62,544 bases of DNA from the NCBI GenBank assembly GCA_038134595.1, contig JAYPVM010000014.1:1-62544 (forward strand), given 5' to 3'. Positions 1-9,790 of the stretch are shown here, piece after piece; the first letter of the stretch is position 1, and every line of letters starts with the position of its first letter. This DNA is from Pseudomonadota bacterium (GTDB taxonomy: Bacteria; Bdellovibrionota_C; UBA2361; OMII01). The translations under genes and the position numbers were made by a program. The notes under the pieces were generated by a model that had not been told where the DNA came from, did no database searches, and saw only the letters and a program-made list of their open reading frames with translations.

Positions 1-142
1 TGACGAAACGAGGCGGAGACGACGAAAAAACCGGAGGCGTATCCACCGAGATACGTTCAAAGATTTTTTCGGCGGCTCCAACGAAGCTGCAGTCGAACTA
101 TCGAAATGTGCAACAGGAAATCATTTTTCACCACCCTGTTAG
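1..142. mobile_element. MITE-like/long-hairpin dispersed repeat, partial copy truncated by the window start
   Basis: Bases 1-138 match 22461-22598 with only a few substitutions; ends in TTTTTCACCACCCTGTTAG like the right end of the full copy. Confidence 0.75.
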
Positions 143-451
143 ACCTCTTTTCGTGTCTTTAAGAACTTACCCGATGAGGGTCCCCTGAAAAAGTCACAAA
201 ATGTCCTACTTTATGGTTACTGAATGAGATTGCACGGGTGAATCTTTTGTTTTCTGCCGGGTGCAGGAACCACCCTCCTCTAGAACGTCGTTTAACAGGT
301 CTCGCGTCCGAATCCTAAGGGAGCGATTCCTACTCTAATGATAAATAGGCACTAAGGATCGGCAAAAACACTTTTAAACCTGTTTCCCATCGTTTAGTTG
401 CCGTACCATTAACGAGTAAGCACGAAACGAAGAAAGGCAATTTGTATAGAT

Positions 452-1384
452 ATGATTCCACAGGCAGAAACGACACAATACTCAGCCACATCATCCTGCC
501 GTAACTGTGGGTCCGTGGTCGCATTCAAAAAAAGTGGGCTCTTTACTGATGACAAGAGAACCTCTGATGCAGAGGTAATTGAATGTACTGTATGCAATAG
601 TCACTCCTTTATCAGTAAATCAGAGATACAACTACCAAAACTCTACTCCCAAGGCTATTTTCACGGCGATGAATACTATGATTACGATCTAGCTGCACCG
701 TCATTTCAGCGTAATTTTCAGAGAAAAATTTCATTGATACGTTCCAACGGTACGTTATCCTCCCCCCTACGCATACTAGAGATTGGGGGTGCAACAGGTG
801 AGTTCTTTCTAGCGCTACAAAAGGCCTCTCCGGGGCTCGAGATCAAGGAGTATGTAAGTCTTGAGGTATCGGACTACGCCCGCGGTCGTGCTCTAGAGAG
901 GGGTGCGCAATCACTATCACCTTTCGATAGCAATACCCCGCAGGCGGTATCCTCCTTAAAGCCTAATCTTATCGTCGCCTGGGATGTCTGGGAACATCTA
1001 GAGAATCCCGCCGACGTTTTCTCTCAATACCTGGCGATGGCTTCAGACGATGTCATCATCGCAATAACTACCGTTGATAGTAGTGCTTTAACCCCCCAGC
1101 TTCGTGGCAAATCGTGGCGTCAGTTTCACCCTCCTACGCATTTAAATTATCCGTCACGACGAGCGTTCGAGGTTCTGTTTTCACATCAGGAACTTGAGGT
1201 CATCTACCATAAAAGTTTTGGCTCCTACAGACCTCTTGGAGAGTATGCGAAACTGCTTCCGCATTTGATTCGCCGTGCAATTCCATCCACGCTGTTAGGC
1301 TTTCCGATATACTGCAATACATTCGACACGCAACTCGTGATGGCACAGCGCATACCGAACAGAGGGAATTCCAATGTCATATAA
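452..1384 (+). CDS. Class I SAM-dependent methyltransferase with N-terminal Cys-pair (Zn-ribbon-like) region
   Basis: CRNC...CTVC N-terminus; motif I ILEIGGATGEF; WDVWEHL; PPTHLNY, typical of glycan-cluster methyltransferases. Confidence 0.85.
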   Translation: MIPQAETTQYSATSSCRNCGSVVAFKKSGLFTDDKRTSDAEVIECTVCNSHSFISKSEIQLPKLYSQGYFHGDEYYDYDLAAPSFQRNFQRKISLIRSNGTLSSPLRILEIGGATGEFFLALQKASPGLEIKEYVSLEVSDYARGRALERGAQSLSPFDSNTPQAVSSLKPNLIVAWDVWEHLENPADVFSQYLAMASDDVIIAITTVDSSALTPQLRGKSWRQFHPPTHLNYPSRRAFEVLFSHQELEVIYHKSFGSYRPLGEYAKLLPHLIRRAIPSTLLGFPIYCNTFDTQLVMAQRIPNRGNSNVI

Positions 1385-2378
1385 CGCTTTTATCGTGCTT
1401 CCCGCATTTAACGAAGAAGAGGGAATTCGTGAATTCCTAGATAGACTGGGTGTGTTTCTTGAGAGCCATCCACAACTCGGCCCAGCGCAGTTTTCTTGGA
1501 ACTTAGTGGTGGTAAATGATGGTTCTCAAGATGCCACCGTCTCAGTAGTGCGACAATCCAGTAGAGAATGTGCTTTCAAGTCCGTATCTATTACATCAGT
1601 TTCTTTAATAAGAAATTTCGGCCATCAAGCGGCTTTATTAGCCGGACTTCGAGTCGCAGCTTCAAAAAGAGCTGCCTTTGTTATAACAATGGATGCAGAT
1701 GGGGAGCATCCGATGGAACTAATTCCTTCGCTCGTAGCGCATTGGCAAAACGGTGCTCCGATCGTTCATACTAGCCGAAACGCGACAAAAGCGCTTTCTA
1801 AATTCAAGGGTCTTACAAGTTCACTCTACTATGCAAGCCTTAGACTCTTCGCTCACTTAGAGATTCAAAATGGCATGGCGGATTACAAGCTCTGGGATGG
1901 GCAGCTTCTTAGAAGTGTTCGCTCTTATCTTAATACCTGCGGATCAACCCGAGCCTTCGCTAGCTGGCTTGTTCCAAACGCTCCTATTGTCCCCTACGAC
2001 CAATCAGTTATTGAAGGTAGGCATTCACGGTTTACGATTCGCAAAATGTTGTCTCTTGCTCTTAATAGCGTTGTTCGATTCTCGGAATTTCCTATACGGC
2101 TTGCATTTTATATCGGACTACTTGCGCTCGGGCTTGGAACCCTCCTGATTATCTTTGCAGTAGTTGCATTCTACATGGGAAAAGTAATTCCAGGATGGAC
2201 GAGTACCGTAGCACTCATTGTATTTTTCGGCGGGATTCAAAGCTTTTTACTGGGAATCTACGGCGAATATTTTCTGCGCAATTTATTCCGCTCTAATCTG
2301 CCAAGCTTTGTGGTTGAAACAGAACCAACCGAGGCTAATAACGAGCAAGAAGAGCAAGAGTCACATTCAATGTGTTAA
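1374..2378 (+). CDS. GT2 polyprenyl-phosphate glycosyltransferase (GtrB/ArnC/YkoT-like)
   Basis: LPAFNEEE, VNDGSQD, RNFGHQAAL, MDADGEHP motifs plus two C-terminal TM helices (PGWTS). Confidence 0.92.
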   Translation: MSYNAFIVLPAFNEEEGIREFLDRLGVFLESHPQLGPAQFSWNLVVVNDGSQDATVSVVRQSSRECAFKSVSITSVSLIRNFGHQAALLAGLRVAASKRAAFVITMDADGEHPMELIPSLVAHWQNGAPIVHTSRNATKALSKFKGLTSSLYYASLRLFAHLEIQNGMADYKLWDGQLLRSVRSYLNTCGSTRAFASWLVPNAPIVPYDQSVIEGRHSRFTIRKMLSLALNSVVRFSEFPIRLAFYIGLLALGLGTLLIIFAVVAFYMGKVIPGWTSTVALIVFFGGIQSFLLGIYGEYFLRNLFRSNLPSFVVETEPTEANNEQEEQESHSMC

Positions 2379-2382
2379 CAAA

Positions 2383-4095
2383 TCAGTAACACAGGTCGTT
2401 TTCTGTTACTGGACGCAGGGGCAGATCTCGTGATTCAATAGCGAGACGCAACGGGATGGCATGAATCTTGGTGTAGAAATCAAGCTTAATCGGATACCAT
2501 CCTTCCTGGATAAATTTTATACCTCTCTCAAGTGTTACTTTCCATTCGAATCCGGACCAACGCTCGTAAAGAAGCTGATCACCGATTTGAAGTCGCACAT
2601 TCCCGGTTGCTTCTAGGAGAATTCGATAGGCTCCTCCCTTTGGTACATATAGATATCCTTGGTAGGTGGCTCCAAAAGGTCTGCCATTATTCGGGTGCGT
2701 TCTGGTGCTAGTACTCCATTGATGAATTGGAATATCAGATTCTGGATCGCCAAATGGATTAGATAAACCATCATCTGCATAGAAAATTCTTTGTAGACCA
2801 GGGTGCATACAAACTGTCTTTTCTTTTCGAGATTGTGCTTCAGGAAGCACATGTAACGAGAAGGGCTCGCCATTGATCAGCAATCCAAAAGCAAGGGAAA
2901 GAACCCCTGTAGATACTACCGGGAGCACTAACACTACCGGCCAAATCTTATTACGAACAAGTGTCAGAGCCGTCGCAAAAACAAGTGGGACCATACCAGA
3001 AAAGATCAAATCCCAGTCAATAAAATATCCAAAATCAAACTCCCACAGACCCAGGTAAATAAAGTCAGCCAGAACGTAAGCGGCCAACCATACAAATAAA
3101 ATATCTTTTCTGAATAACACTCCTTGAAGCACAGCAAAGAGACCCAAGGGCATCAATAAACCACCTCCTATCAAAGCGGTTGAACCCAGCTCCTTCCAAT
3201 GCTTAACAGATAACAATGTATCCATCGAGACAAACATCTTGCGATTTCCACCGCCCGTAATATTTCCAAGATGGCTTCCCATTATGTGTCTGGAATCGAG
3301 TGCAAATATCGCGCTTACTGCGATGACAATAACCGCTGTAAACGTCACGCCTCCGAGCAGTACTCGACGCGCTCTAACCCAAAACGAGCCGGTTGGAATA
3401 AAACATGCCCACGCCAGAGCTGGAGCAAGAAACGACACTCTCCCGTGTATTAATGCCGCAAGTGCAAGTACAAAAGCACTCGAGACTACACTCTGCCACC
3501 TTGGCTCTTTAAGTAGTCGTACCGTCAAAAATATCCAAAACACCTCTAAGGGCAGTGCTAGCGGGGTATTTTCAATATATCCAAAGAAAAGAAGCGAAAA
3601 GCCCGCAACAAAAAACACGCTCCTAAAAAGACTTACGCGTCGCAAGTCATCTCGAGAGATAACTTCAAGTGACAATGCCGAGACCGCAAAGAGATAAAAA
3701 ACACCTGCTATTCGACTTGTTAGAGAGATTGCGGACTGGACCCCTATATTAAAATACGTATGCAAGAAGTAATAGGCCCAATGGTGGATCCACGTTGCTC
3801 CAGGCTCGCTCATGTAATAGCGGCCATGTATGCCTTCTTTCCATTGAACTGAATCCCCAAGTGAATTCCCAAAACCCACAGTTAAAAAACAGCTGCCGTA
3901 TATTAGTGAATAAACAACAGGAGAATTTGTCCACCGAGCCCACGTCTTAGAGCAACTCAAAAGCACCAAAAGGCTTACCAGGCCACATAGCAATAAAAAC
4001 GCAGGCTCGTCGAAAGAGATACCTAGAAATCTCTGAGAGGGAATCCAGGGAAAGAATCTGCCCACATATGTAACGGCACCTTGTAATGTCACCAA
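2383..4095 (-). CDS. Multi-pass membrane protein (GT-C-like) with C-terminal PA14-like domain
   Basis: About 10+ hydrophobic segments; C-terminus FGATYQGYLYVPKGGAYRILLEATGNVRLQIG...GWYPIKLDFY resembles PA14. Confidence 0.6.
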   Translation of the reverse strand: MVTLQGAVTYVGRFFPWIPSQRFLGISFDEPAFLLLCGLVSLLVLLSCSKTWARWTNSPVVYSLIYGSCFLTVGFGNSLGDSVQWKEGIHGRYYMSEPGATWIHHWAYYFLHTYFNIGVQSAISLTSRIAGVFYLFAVSALSLEVISRDDLRRVSLFRSVFFVAGFSLLFFGYIENTPLALPLEVFWIFLTVRLLKEPRWQSVVSSAFVLALAALIHGRVSFLAPALAWACFIPTGSFWVRARRVLLGGVTFTAVIVIAVSAIFALDSRHIMGSHLGNITGGGNRKMFVSMDTLLSVKHWKELGSTALIGGGLLMPLGLFAVLQGVLFRKDILFVWLAAYVLADFIYLGLWEFDFGYFIDWDLIFSGMVPLVFATALTLVRNKIWPVVLVLPVVSTGVLSLAFGLLINGEPFSLHVLPEAQSRKEKTVCMHPGLQRIFYADDGLSNPFGDPESDIPIHQWSTSTRTHPNNGRPFGATYQGYLYVPKGGAYRILLEATGNVRLQIGDQLLYERWSGFEWKVTLERGIKFIQEGWYPIKLDFYTKIHAIPLRLAIESRDLPLRPVTENDLCY

Positions 4096-4251
4096 CTATA
4101 TCTCCTAGATGTTTTTGTAAGAAAGAATAGTAGCTCCGATGCATCTGGGGCAAGGGCATAATCAACTGTGATGTCTCTCTATCCTTTGCTCTCTCCGCAT
4201 ATTTCGTCCACTCAGCAGACAAACAACAAGAAACGCCCTGGCGGCCGAGAA

Positions 4252-6225
4252 CTACTCGCGTGCCTCAAAGAATGTGGACAGTATCAAGGGAAATCCATTG
4301 GGATCTAGAGGACCCGCCACCCAACGATCCTCCGAGACCACCTCACTAAAAGCGGGTGCTGCCAGTTTGATAGCCTCTTCTGGGGTCCTAAAGGAGCCCA
4401 ACATTATAAGTGCTAACGTACCCTTTCGATTCACAATGGCATCTTTAGCCGCGTTAATGGAGGGCACATCCCTGACCGACGGAAGGTCTTTGGTAGTCCC
4501 CATCAGTTCCGCTCTCGAATGGCGCATTACAAGAACCTCATCGTAGCTCTTCGCAGCTCTTCGAGCAGCTTGAACTAGTGCCGCTCTCTGCAGGCCGTGA
4601 TCCGTACTCCAACGATAGGAAGGTTGCTTCATATAGTTTTGTGTATAGCCAACATAGTTATCGTATCCGACAGCAATGATGACCATTCCAGCCAAGAGCC
4701 ATCCAACCCTTATACGGTCAAGTATTGTTGCCACAAAACCAACGGCTATTGCTGACAGGATCGCCAGAAAATATATCGCGCCAATCATCCGTCGTGCTAA
4801 TCCGTGTGGGCTTTGACTATCTAAGGGAAACGAAAGCACCATCGGGCACAAGAACAATACGAGTCCAATGATACTCAATCGAGCGAGGGGCTTGGAACGA
4901 AATTGCCACAAGGACACACACGCTCCTGCAAGGGACGGCCAGAAAAGAAATGGAGAGACGAGGGGCCCCTTTAGAAGAAACAAATGTCTTGGTATGTCAT
5001 ATCCTTGAACATAAAGCTGTAGCACAGCGTCCTTGAAAATATACGGGATGGAAGTAAAAGGAGTTAAATTCCAACGGGCCAAATACTGGCTTCGCGCCTG
5101 TAAGGCCTGGGCAAATCGAAACCACTGATCTTGAGAGCCAGCCCGTGTTGGTTGGTAATACTGCACAATCAAAAGAGGTGCGATCATTAAAACGCCACAA
5201 AAAAACAGGTGAGAAATCTTTGCGCAAAATAACATTTCATCGTTTTCACTTTTCTGACGAAAAACAAGTGTATCGAGCGCCATTAGACCAATAAGCGGGC
5301 AGAGCATGATGGCGATCTTTTTGGTAAGGAGCGATAACACAACTGCCGCAAGTAGCCCAACAGAGGCATAGACTCTATTACGGTAGAAAAATAATATCCC
5401 TGATAAAAACCCTAGAGACATAATCAGCATGTCGAGAGGGTATATATAAACAAATCTGCTATTCACCCAGTGCCATCCTGAGAAAGCAATCAAGGTGGAA
5501 GCAATGAGCGCAACTCTAAGAGATGTCAGAGACCGCAAAGCCAAAAACCACAGTCCAACTGAAATGGCTGCTGATATGGCCGATAAGCCTTTCAATACAG
5601 CGAACGCCTCAGCGTAAGGCTCAAGCACTGTTATCGCTCCCCTCATTAAGGCATAAAAGACCTTCGGAAACGAAACCGTAGACATATCAAAAACAGTTCC
5701 GCTGTAATGATGCTGCCATCGAAGAATATCTACAAAGACGTAAGCCTCATCGGTTGCCATCGTAGTAGGACCCTGTATGCGAAGAAGAAATGTTAGTCCG
5801 ACAAGAGCCCCAGCTACAACAAAGTCCCGAAGAGAAAACAGGCGCTCCTCTGTTTTCAGCGTTTTGCTCCGCCTGAATCTATCGAAGCAATAGAGTCCGA
5901 TGCCAAGGACGCCAACGACTCCAAAAAGAACAGGTACGATAAAGTCCATGTACCTGTTCCATGCACCCTTTGTAATCGCTATCTGATATGACACACTCTC
6001 GATAAAGCTAAGCGCTATACTACACAGCACCACACCGCTTCGTGCTTTGCCTTTCGTCCAATACGAACGAGGAACAACAAGAATGAGAATCCCTAAAGGC
6101 AGTAGCGCGTAATCGATAAAGCGCACTACCGTCATCGCTTGGTCAAGAGCTAGATGAGCACCCAGAAACCCTGCCCCAAGAGCCGCTAACAACCACAAAA
6201 ACCAGATTAGTACTTGAATATTCAT
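4252..6225 (-). CDS. GT-C fold glycosyltransferase (ArnT/PMT-like)
   Basis: Multi-TM protein with DE motif (ATDEAY) after a TM helix, WHWVNSR, and a C-terminal extracytoplasmic domain. Confidence 0.7.
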   Translation of the reverse strand: MNIQVLIWFLWLLAALGAGFLGAHLALDQAMTVVRFIDYALLPLGILILVVPRSYWTKGKARSGVVLCSIALSFIESVSYQIAITKGAWNRYMDFIVPVLFGVVGVLGIGLYCFDRFRRSKTLKTEERLFSLRDFVVAGALVGLTFLLRIQGPTTMATDEAYVFVDILRWQHHYSGTVFDMSTVSFPKVFYALMRGAITVLEPYAEAFAVLKGLSAISAAISVGLWFLALRSLTSLRVALIASTLIAFSGWHWVNSRFVYIYPLDMLIMSLGFLSGILFFYRNRVYASVGLLAAVVLSLLTKKIAIMLCPLIGLMALDTLVFRQKSENDEMLFCAKISHLFFCGVLMIAPLLIVQYYQPTRAGSQDQWFRFAQALQARSQYLARWNLTPFTSIPYIFKDAVLQLYVQGYDIPRHLFLLKGPLVSPFLFWPSLAGACVSLWQFRSKPLARLSIIGLVLFLCPMVLSFPLDSQSPHGLARRMIGAIYFLAILSAIAVGFVATILDRIRVGWLLAGMVIIAVGYDNYVGYTQNYMKQPSYRWSTDHGLQRAALVQAARRAAKSYDEVLVMRHSRAELMGTTKDLPSVRDVPSINAAKDAIVNRKGTLALIMLGSFRTPEEAIKLAAPAFSEVVSEDRWVAGPLDPNGFPLILSTFFEARE

Positions 6226-6510
6226 CCCTACCGAGACCTATAAGAACGGGGCAACGACCATTCTCTTCGCTAAATCAGCACATATTATCACAAACCTTAC
6301 GCGCTCTTCAGACCATCGAAAATGTTTACGTCGAGCAGCCTCTCCTCACGCCACCAACGAACGTCTGGTTTTCTAAAAAGGCATTTTTCGAAGGCAATCA
6401 ATAATGGCCTCTTACCAAACCAGATAGAGGTCAACGGCAAGCGTACTAGCGCCTTACCACGCCGTCAAGAATGAGTATTTCCTTCAAACCAAGAGAAACG
6501 CTAATCAACA

Positions 6511-8208
6511 TTAGCCCCTCGGATATAAGACTACAAAAGCTCCCTCAAGGATGCTGTCGTGGCTTAAATGAAATGTAAACGGAAAATCAGCTCGCGTGTG
6601 TGAATCTGGGATACTCTCTGGCCCATTTTTTGGTGGTACTGCAATATAAACATAGGGCATTGGTTCGAGCTTCTTATCTCCCTTGATGTCCGGCTCTCTA
6701 CTGAGCCGAGACCACCCTGGCAAAAGATACTGTGCACAGGGCAGGGCACTCTGAATTCGCGGGTCACCGGGTGGTTGAAGAAGAGCAACTTTGTCAAAAG
6801 GGCTAAGCCCCATCTTGTCAGTGTGCGCCACGAGGCGCTCCATAATCGATTCACGGTTCATTGCAATTGCACTCCGCTGAAATATATTCTGGCGGTAGTA
6901 CAAAGGCCGCGCACAGTACGCTAGATAAGCCAGTCCACAGATACCCAGTATGCTCCACACAAAAACTGGGAAGCGGGCCCGCTGTGTAATCCATTCAAGA
7001 AACTTACTTATGCACCACAACAAAGGAGGTATAAGAACCAAGGCGCGATAGAGTGCAAAAGGAAGCTGTGGAGCGATCTTGCCCTGTAGATTTGCCGCAG
7101 ACCAAATTACAGGCAATGTCCATAAGAGAATTAGGACAGGCAACCAACCCAAGCGTAGAGTTATCGCCGCTAAAGCCATGAACAACACCGGAAAAACCAG
7201 CTGTTTCGGCAGAAACACCTCTTTTTCAATGGAGAGCGTCATGGTCAGAGCCTCACGAAAACGCTGTATCATTACATCGAATGAAACCCCTATCTGCGGC
7301 TGAAGTGTCTTTGGATGTTGGAGATAAAGAAGCACTGTCACTGTTAGCGTGTAAACAATCATTGAGCTTAAAAGCGCTCCCATTTTTTGCTCGCCCTGCC
7401 GAAAACAATAAATAGCCCACACAGTCAATACGAATACCATCAACGCAACGAGCGCTAGGCCGGACGTAAACGAAGCTCCTAGCAAACCTCCACACCATGC
7501 ACAGCAGAAAGCAGTGAGAGCTGAGGGCCTCGCCGCAAAATGAAGTAATGCCGCCACCATCCAGAGCCCAAAGTAAAGCGAGGAGGTGGCCATCTCAAAA
7601 GTCCGGCAGAACGTCACCACCATCGGAAAAACAAACAAACAGGACGATGTAACACCAGCAATCATTCGACGTGCCGAACACTGTCGGTAATAAGCCACAA
7701 GCCCACTGTACAAAAAGCCTCCTCCCAGTAGCAAAGGAAAAGCGAAACCTATGCGATACACCCAGGGAGCAGGATCAACGAAGAGAGAGGGCACATAATT
7801 TAGAAGGAGAGATCGTCCGGGATATGAATACCAAAACATTTTGGTATATCCGAAATCAGCTCTCGCCAACTGCTCGTATGAATACTGTAATTCTGATAGA
7901 GATTCGGTATTAAGAGCGCGAAATCCGTCGATATGAAACAAGCATACAGGAACACCGCACAGTAGCGGAATAAGCGGCCATAGAGAGAAACGAGAAAGCC
8001 CCTGAAGTGTCGACTTTATGTACTGCCAGGCTAGAAACGTTGTCGCTATCACTCCGCCAGCTATCCAGAGATATGCAGCAATAATTGCAAAAATCTCAGG
8101 ACCCTTAAAAGCTAGAATCTCAAGGAAAGCGAGGGCAAACAAGAGAAGAGAAACTACTCCCATTTCTCCGGTTTTGGTTGGCGGATGGTCAGTTTTTTCT
8201 GTATCCAT
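6511..8208 (-). CDS. Multi-pass membrane protein, putative GT-C glycosyltransferase
   Basis: Many TM segments, acidic loop (NTESLSE), FCRTFE; co-oriented and tightly spaced with GT-C neighbours. Confidence 0.5.
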   Translation of the reverse strand: MDTEKTDHPPTKTGEMGVVSLLLFALAFLEILAFKGPEIFAIIAAYLWIAGGVIATTFLAWQYIKSTLQGLSRFSLWPLIPLLCGVPVCLFHIDGFRALNTESLSELQYSYEQLARADFGYTKMFWYSYPGRSLLLNYVPSLFVDPAPWVYRIGFAFPLLLGGGFLYSGLVAYYRQCSARRMIAGVTSSCLFVFPMVVTFCRTFEMATSSLYFGLWMVAALLHFAARPSALTAFCCAWCGGLLGASFTSGLALVALMVFVLTVWAIYCFRQGEQKMGALLSSMIVYTLTVTVLLYLQHPKTLQPQIGVSFDVMIQRFREALTMTLSIEKEVFLPKQLVFPVLFMALAAITLRLGWLPVLILLWTLPVIWSAANLQGKIAPQLPFALYRALVLIPPLLWCISKFLEWITQRARFPVFVWSILGICGLAYLAYCARPLYYRQNIFQRSAIAMNRESIMERLVAHTDKMGLSPFDKVALLQPPGDPRIQSALPCAQYLLPGWSRLSREPDIKGDKKLEPMPYVYIAVPPKNGPESIPDSHTRADFPFTFHLSHDSILEGAFVVLYPRG

Positions 8209-8220
8209 AGCAATACGTTA

Positions 8221-9507
8221 TTAGAGGCCTGGATAGCTGATATAGTCCTGAAAGTAGATAGTGGTCGTAACATACCCTCCCCACACAACACATCCTAATG
8301 CACCGAGATACAGAGCCTTTGTTACCAGTTCTTGTCTAATGTATCTCCGCGCAAGATCCATCGGAAGAACAAGGGCTAAGAGCATCATAAACAGATCTGC
8401 TGGCAATCCTAACAACATCCGATTTGGTGTAATACCTGTAGTTACTAAAAGTGGTAGCCAAGCCCATACTGACCAGACAAGTGGTAAAAGGTACCTGTGC
8501 TGTTTGACGCTCAAGAAAAGACACCTTACCGCACCCAACACTAACAACCATAAAAACCACGGCCGAAGAGAATTCCAGAGCCCATCGTGTCGCTGCCATA
8601 ATCGGTAATTCACAAAACGCTTTCCATTTTGATAGAACGGAACCAACTGAGATAGCTGCTCTGGCACCCGTGTAGTAAGAACCTTTTCAATCTGTCCAGT
8701 TAGCTCCTGTGAGTCTATTCCCTCTTTTCTGAGCATAACTTTATCGGGCAATAAGAACTGTTCGCCCCGCGCAGATATATACATCATTGCTACATATCTC
8801 TTACCGCCCTCGGTAAGAGCAAAAGCTACACCAGACAAAACCACAACCGAAACCAAGAGCGGCGCGAGATGTTTCTTTCGAAACTCTGCAGACCCCAAAA
8901 ACCGATAGGCTATCAAGGCCAAGCCGAGAAGCTCATAGTATCTGATGGTTGAGTAAAAAAACGGGGCGATTGCCAACATAACAACTAAGGCAATCCACGC
9001 TTTTCGATTATTTTCAAAGGCAATCATGCCGCTTACCAAAAGAATCCCCAATAACAAGGACACCGTGGGCGCTATATATCCTCCGGTGCGAGCAAACGTC
9101 ATAAAAAGCTGCTGACTTCCTAAGGCAAGCCCTGCCAGGAGCGCAAGGTCTTTACGGTAAAACCGACGCACGAACTCAGCTAATAAAACAGGAGACAAAG
9201 CAGAGAGCAGTATCGACGGCAAGCGAGTACCCACCAGAACATCACCAGTTATGGCCCGAAACATATATACAAGCCCCAACCATATCGGTGCATTGACCGA
9301 TTGATTGCTATCGTTTGGCCGTATTGAGATATATTCTTTTAACTGTATGCTTAGAGGCTTATCTAAAAGCGGTAAATAAAAATTAACCCACTCCTCAAAC
9401 AATTCTAATCGCGGTGGCAGAGAACCTAACGCAACTGAGTAGAGCACCGCAAAAGACAGGTACAGAAACAGGTTTTCAAGGAATCGTTGTGATGCAATAC
9501 GAGTCAT
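8221..9507 (-). CDS. GT-C fold glycosyltransferase (PMT_2/GT39-like)
   Basis: EE motif after first TM, NAPIW, TRLPSILLSAL, LALLAGLAL..FARTG pattern typical of the ArnT/PMT family. Confidence 0.7.
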   Translation of the reverse strand: MTRIASQRFLENLFLYLSFAVLYSVALGSLPPRLELFEEWVNFYLPLLDKPLSIQLKEYISIRPNDSNQSVNAPIWLGLVYMFRAITGDVLVGTRLPSILLSALSPVLLAEFVRRFYRKDLALLAGLALGSQQLFMTFARTGGYIAPTVSLLLGILLVSGMIAFENNRKAWIALVVMLAIAPFFYSTIRYYELLGLALIAYRFLGSAEFRKKHLAPLLVSVVVLSGVAFALTEGGKRYVAMMYISARGEQFLLPDKVMLRKEGIDSQELTGQIEKVLTTRVPEQLSQLVPFYQNGKRFVNYRLWQRHDGLWNSLRPWFLWLLVLGAVRCLFLSVKQHRYLLPLVWSVWAWLPLLVTTGITPNRMLLGLPADLFMMLLALVLPMDLARRYIRQELVTKALYLGALGCVVWGGYVTTTIYFQDYISYPGL

Positions 9508-9790
9508 TAAGTATTCCTAGCAGGAGATTTAACGTGCACATTGCATTGACTCTTAGCATCGATTTTTCAGTCGCGCAATTGCTAATAGAACCAAGGCACT
9601 CCGCTCAAAACACCTCGTAGCCACACCTTTGGCTCAATACCACAACGACAAAAACACACATGAACAACGGTCCACGACCACAACGGATCTAAAAATAGAG
9701 CCTCAAATGCCTAAAACCAAGGGCACAGGTAAGGCTGATTAGCGGATATCAAAATCGAGTCTACGATTACACAGCCTTCGTATAAGACAA

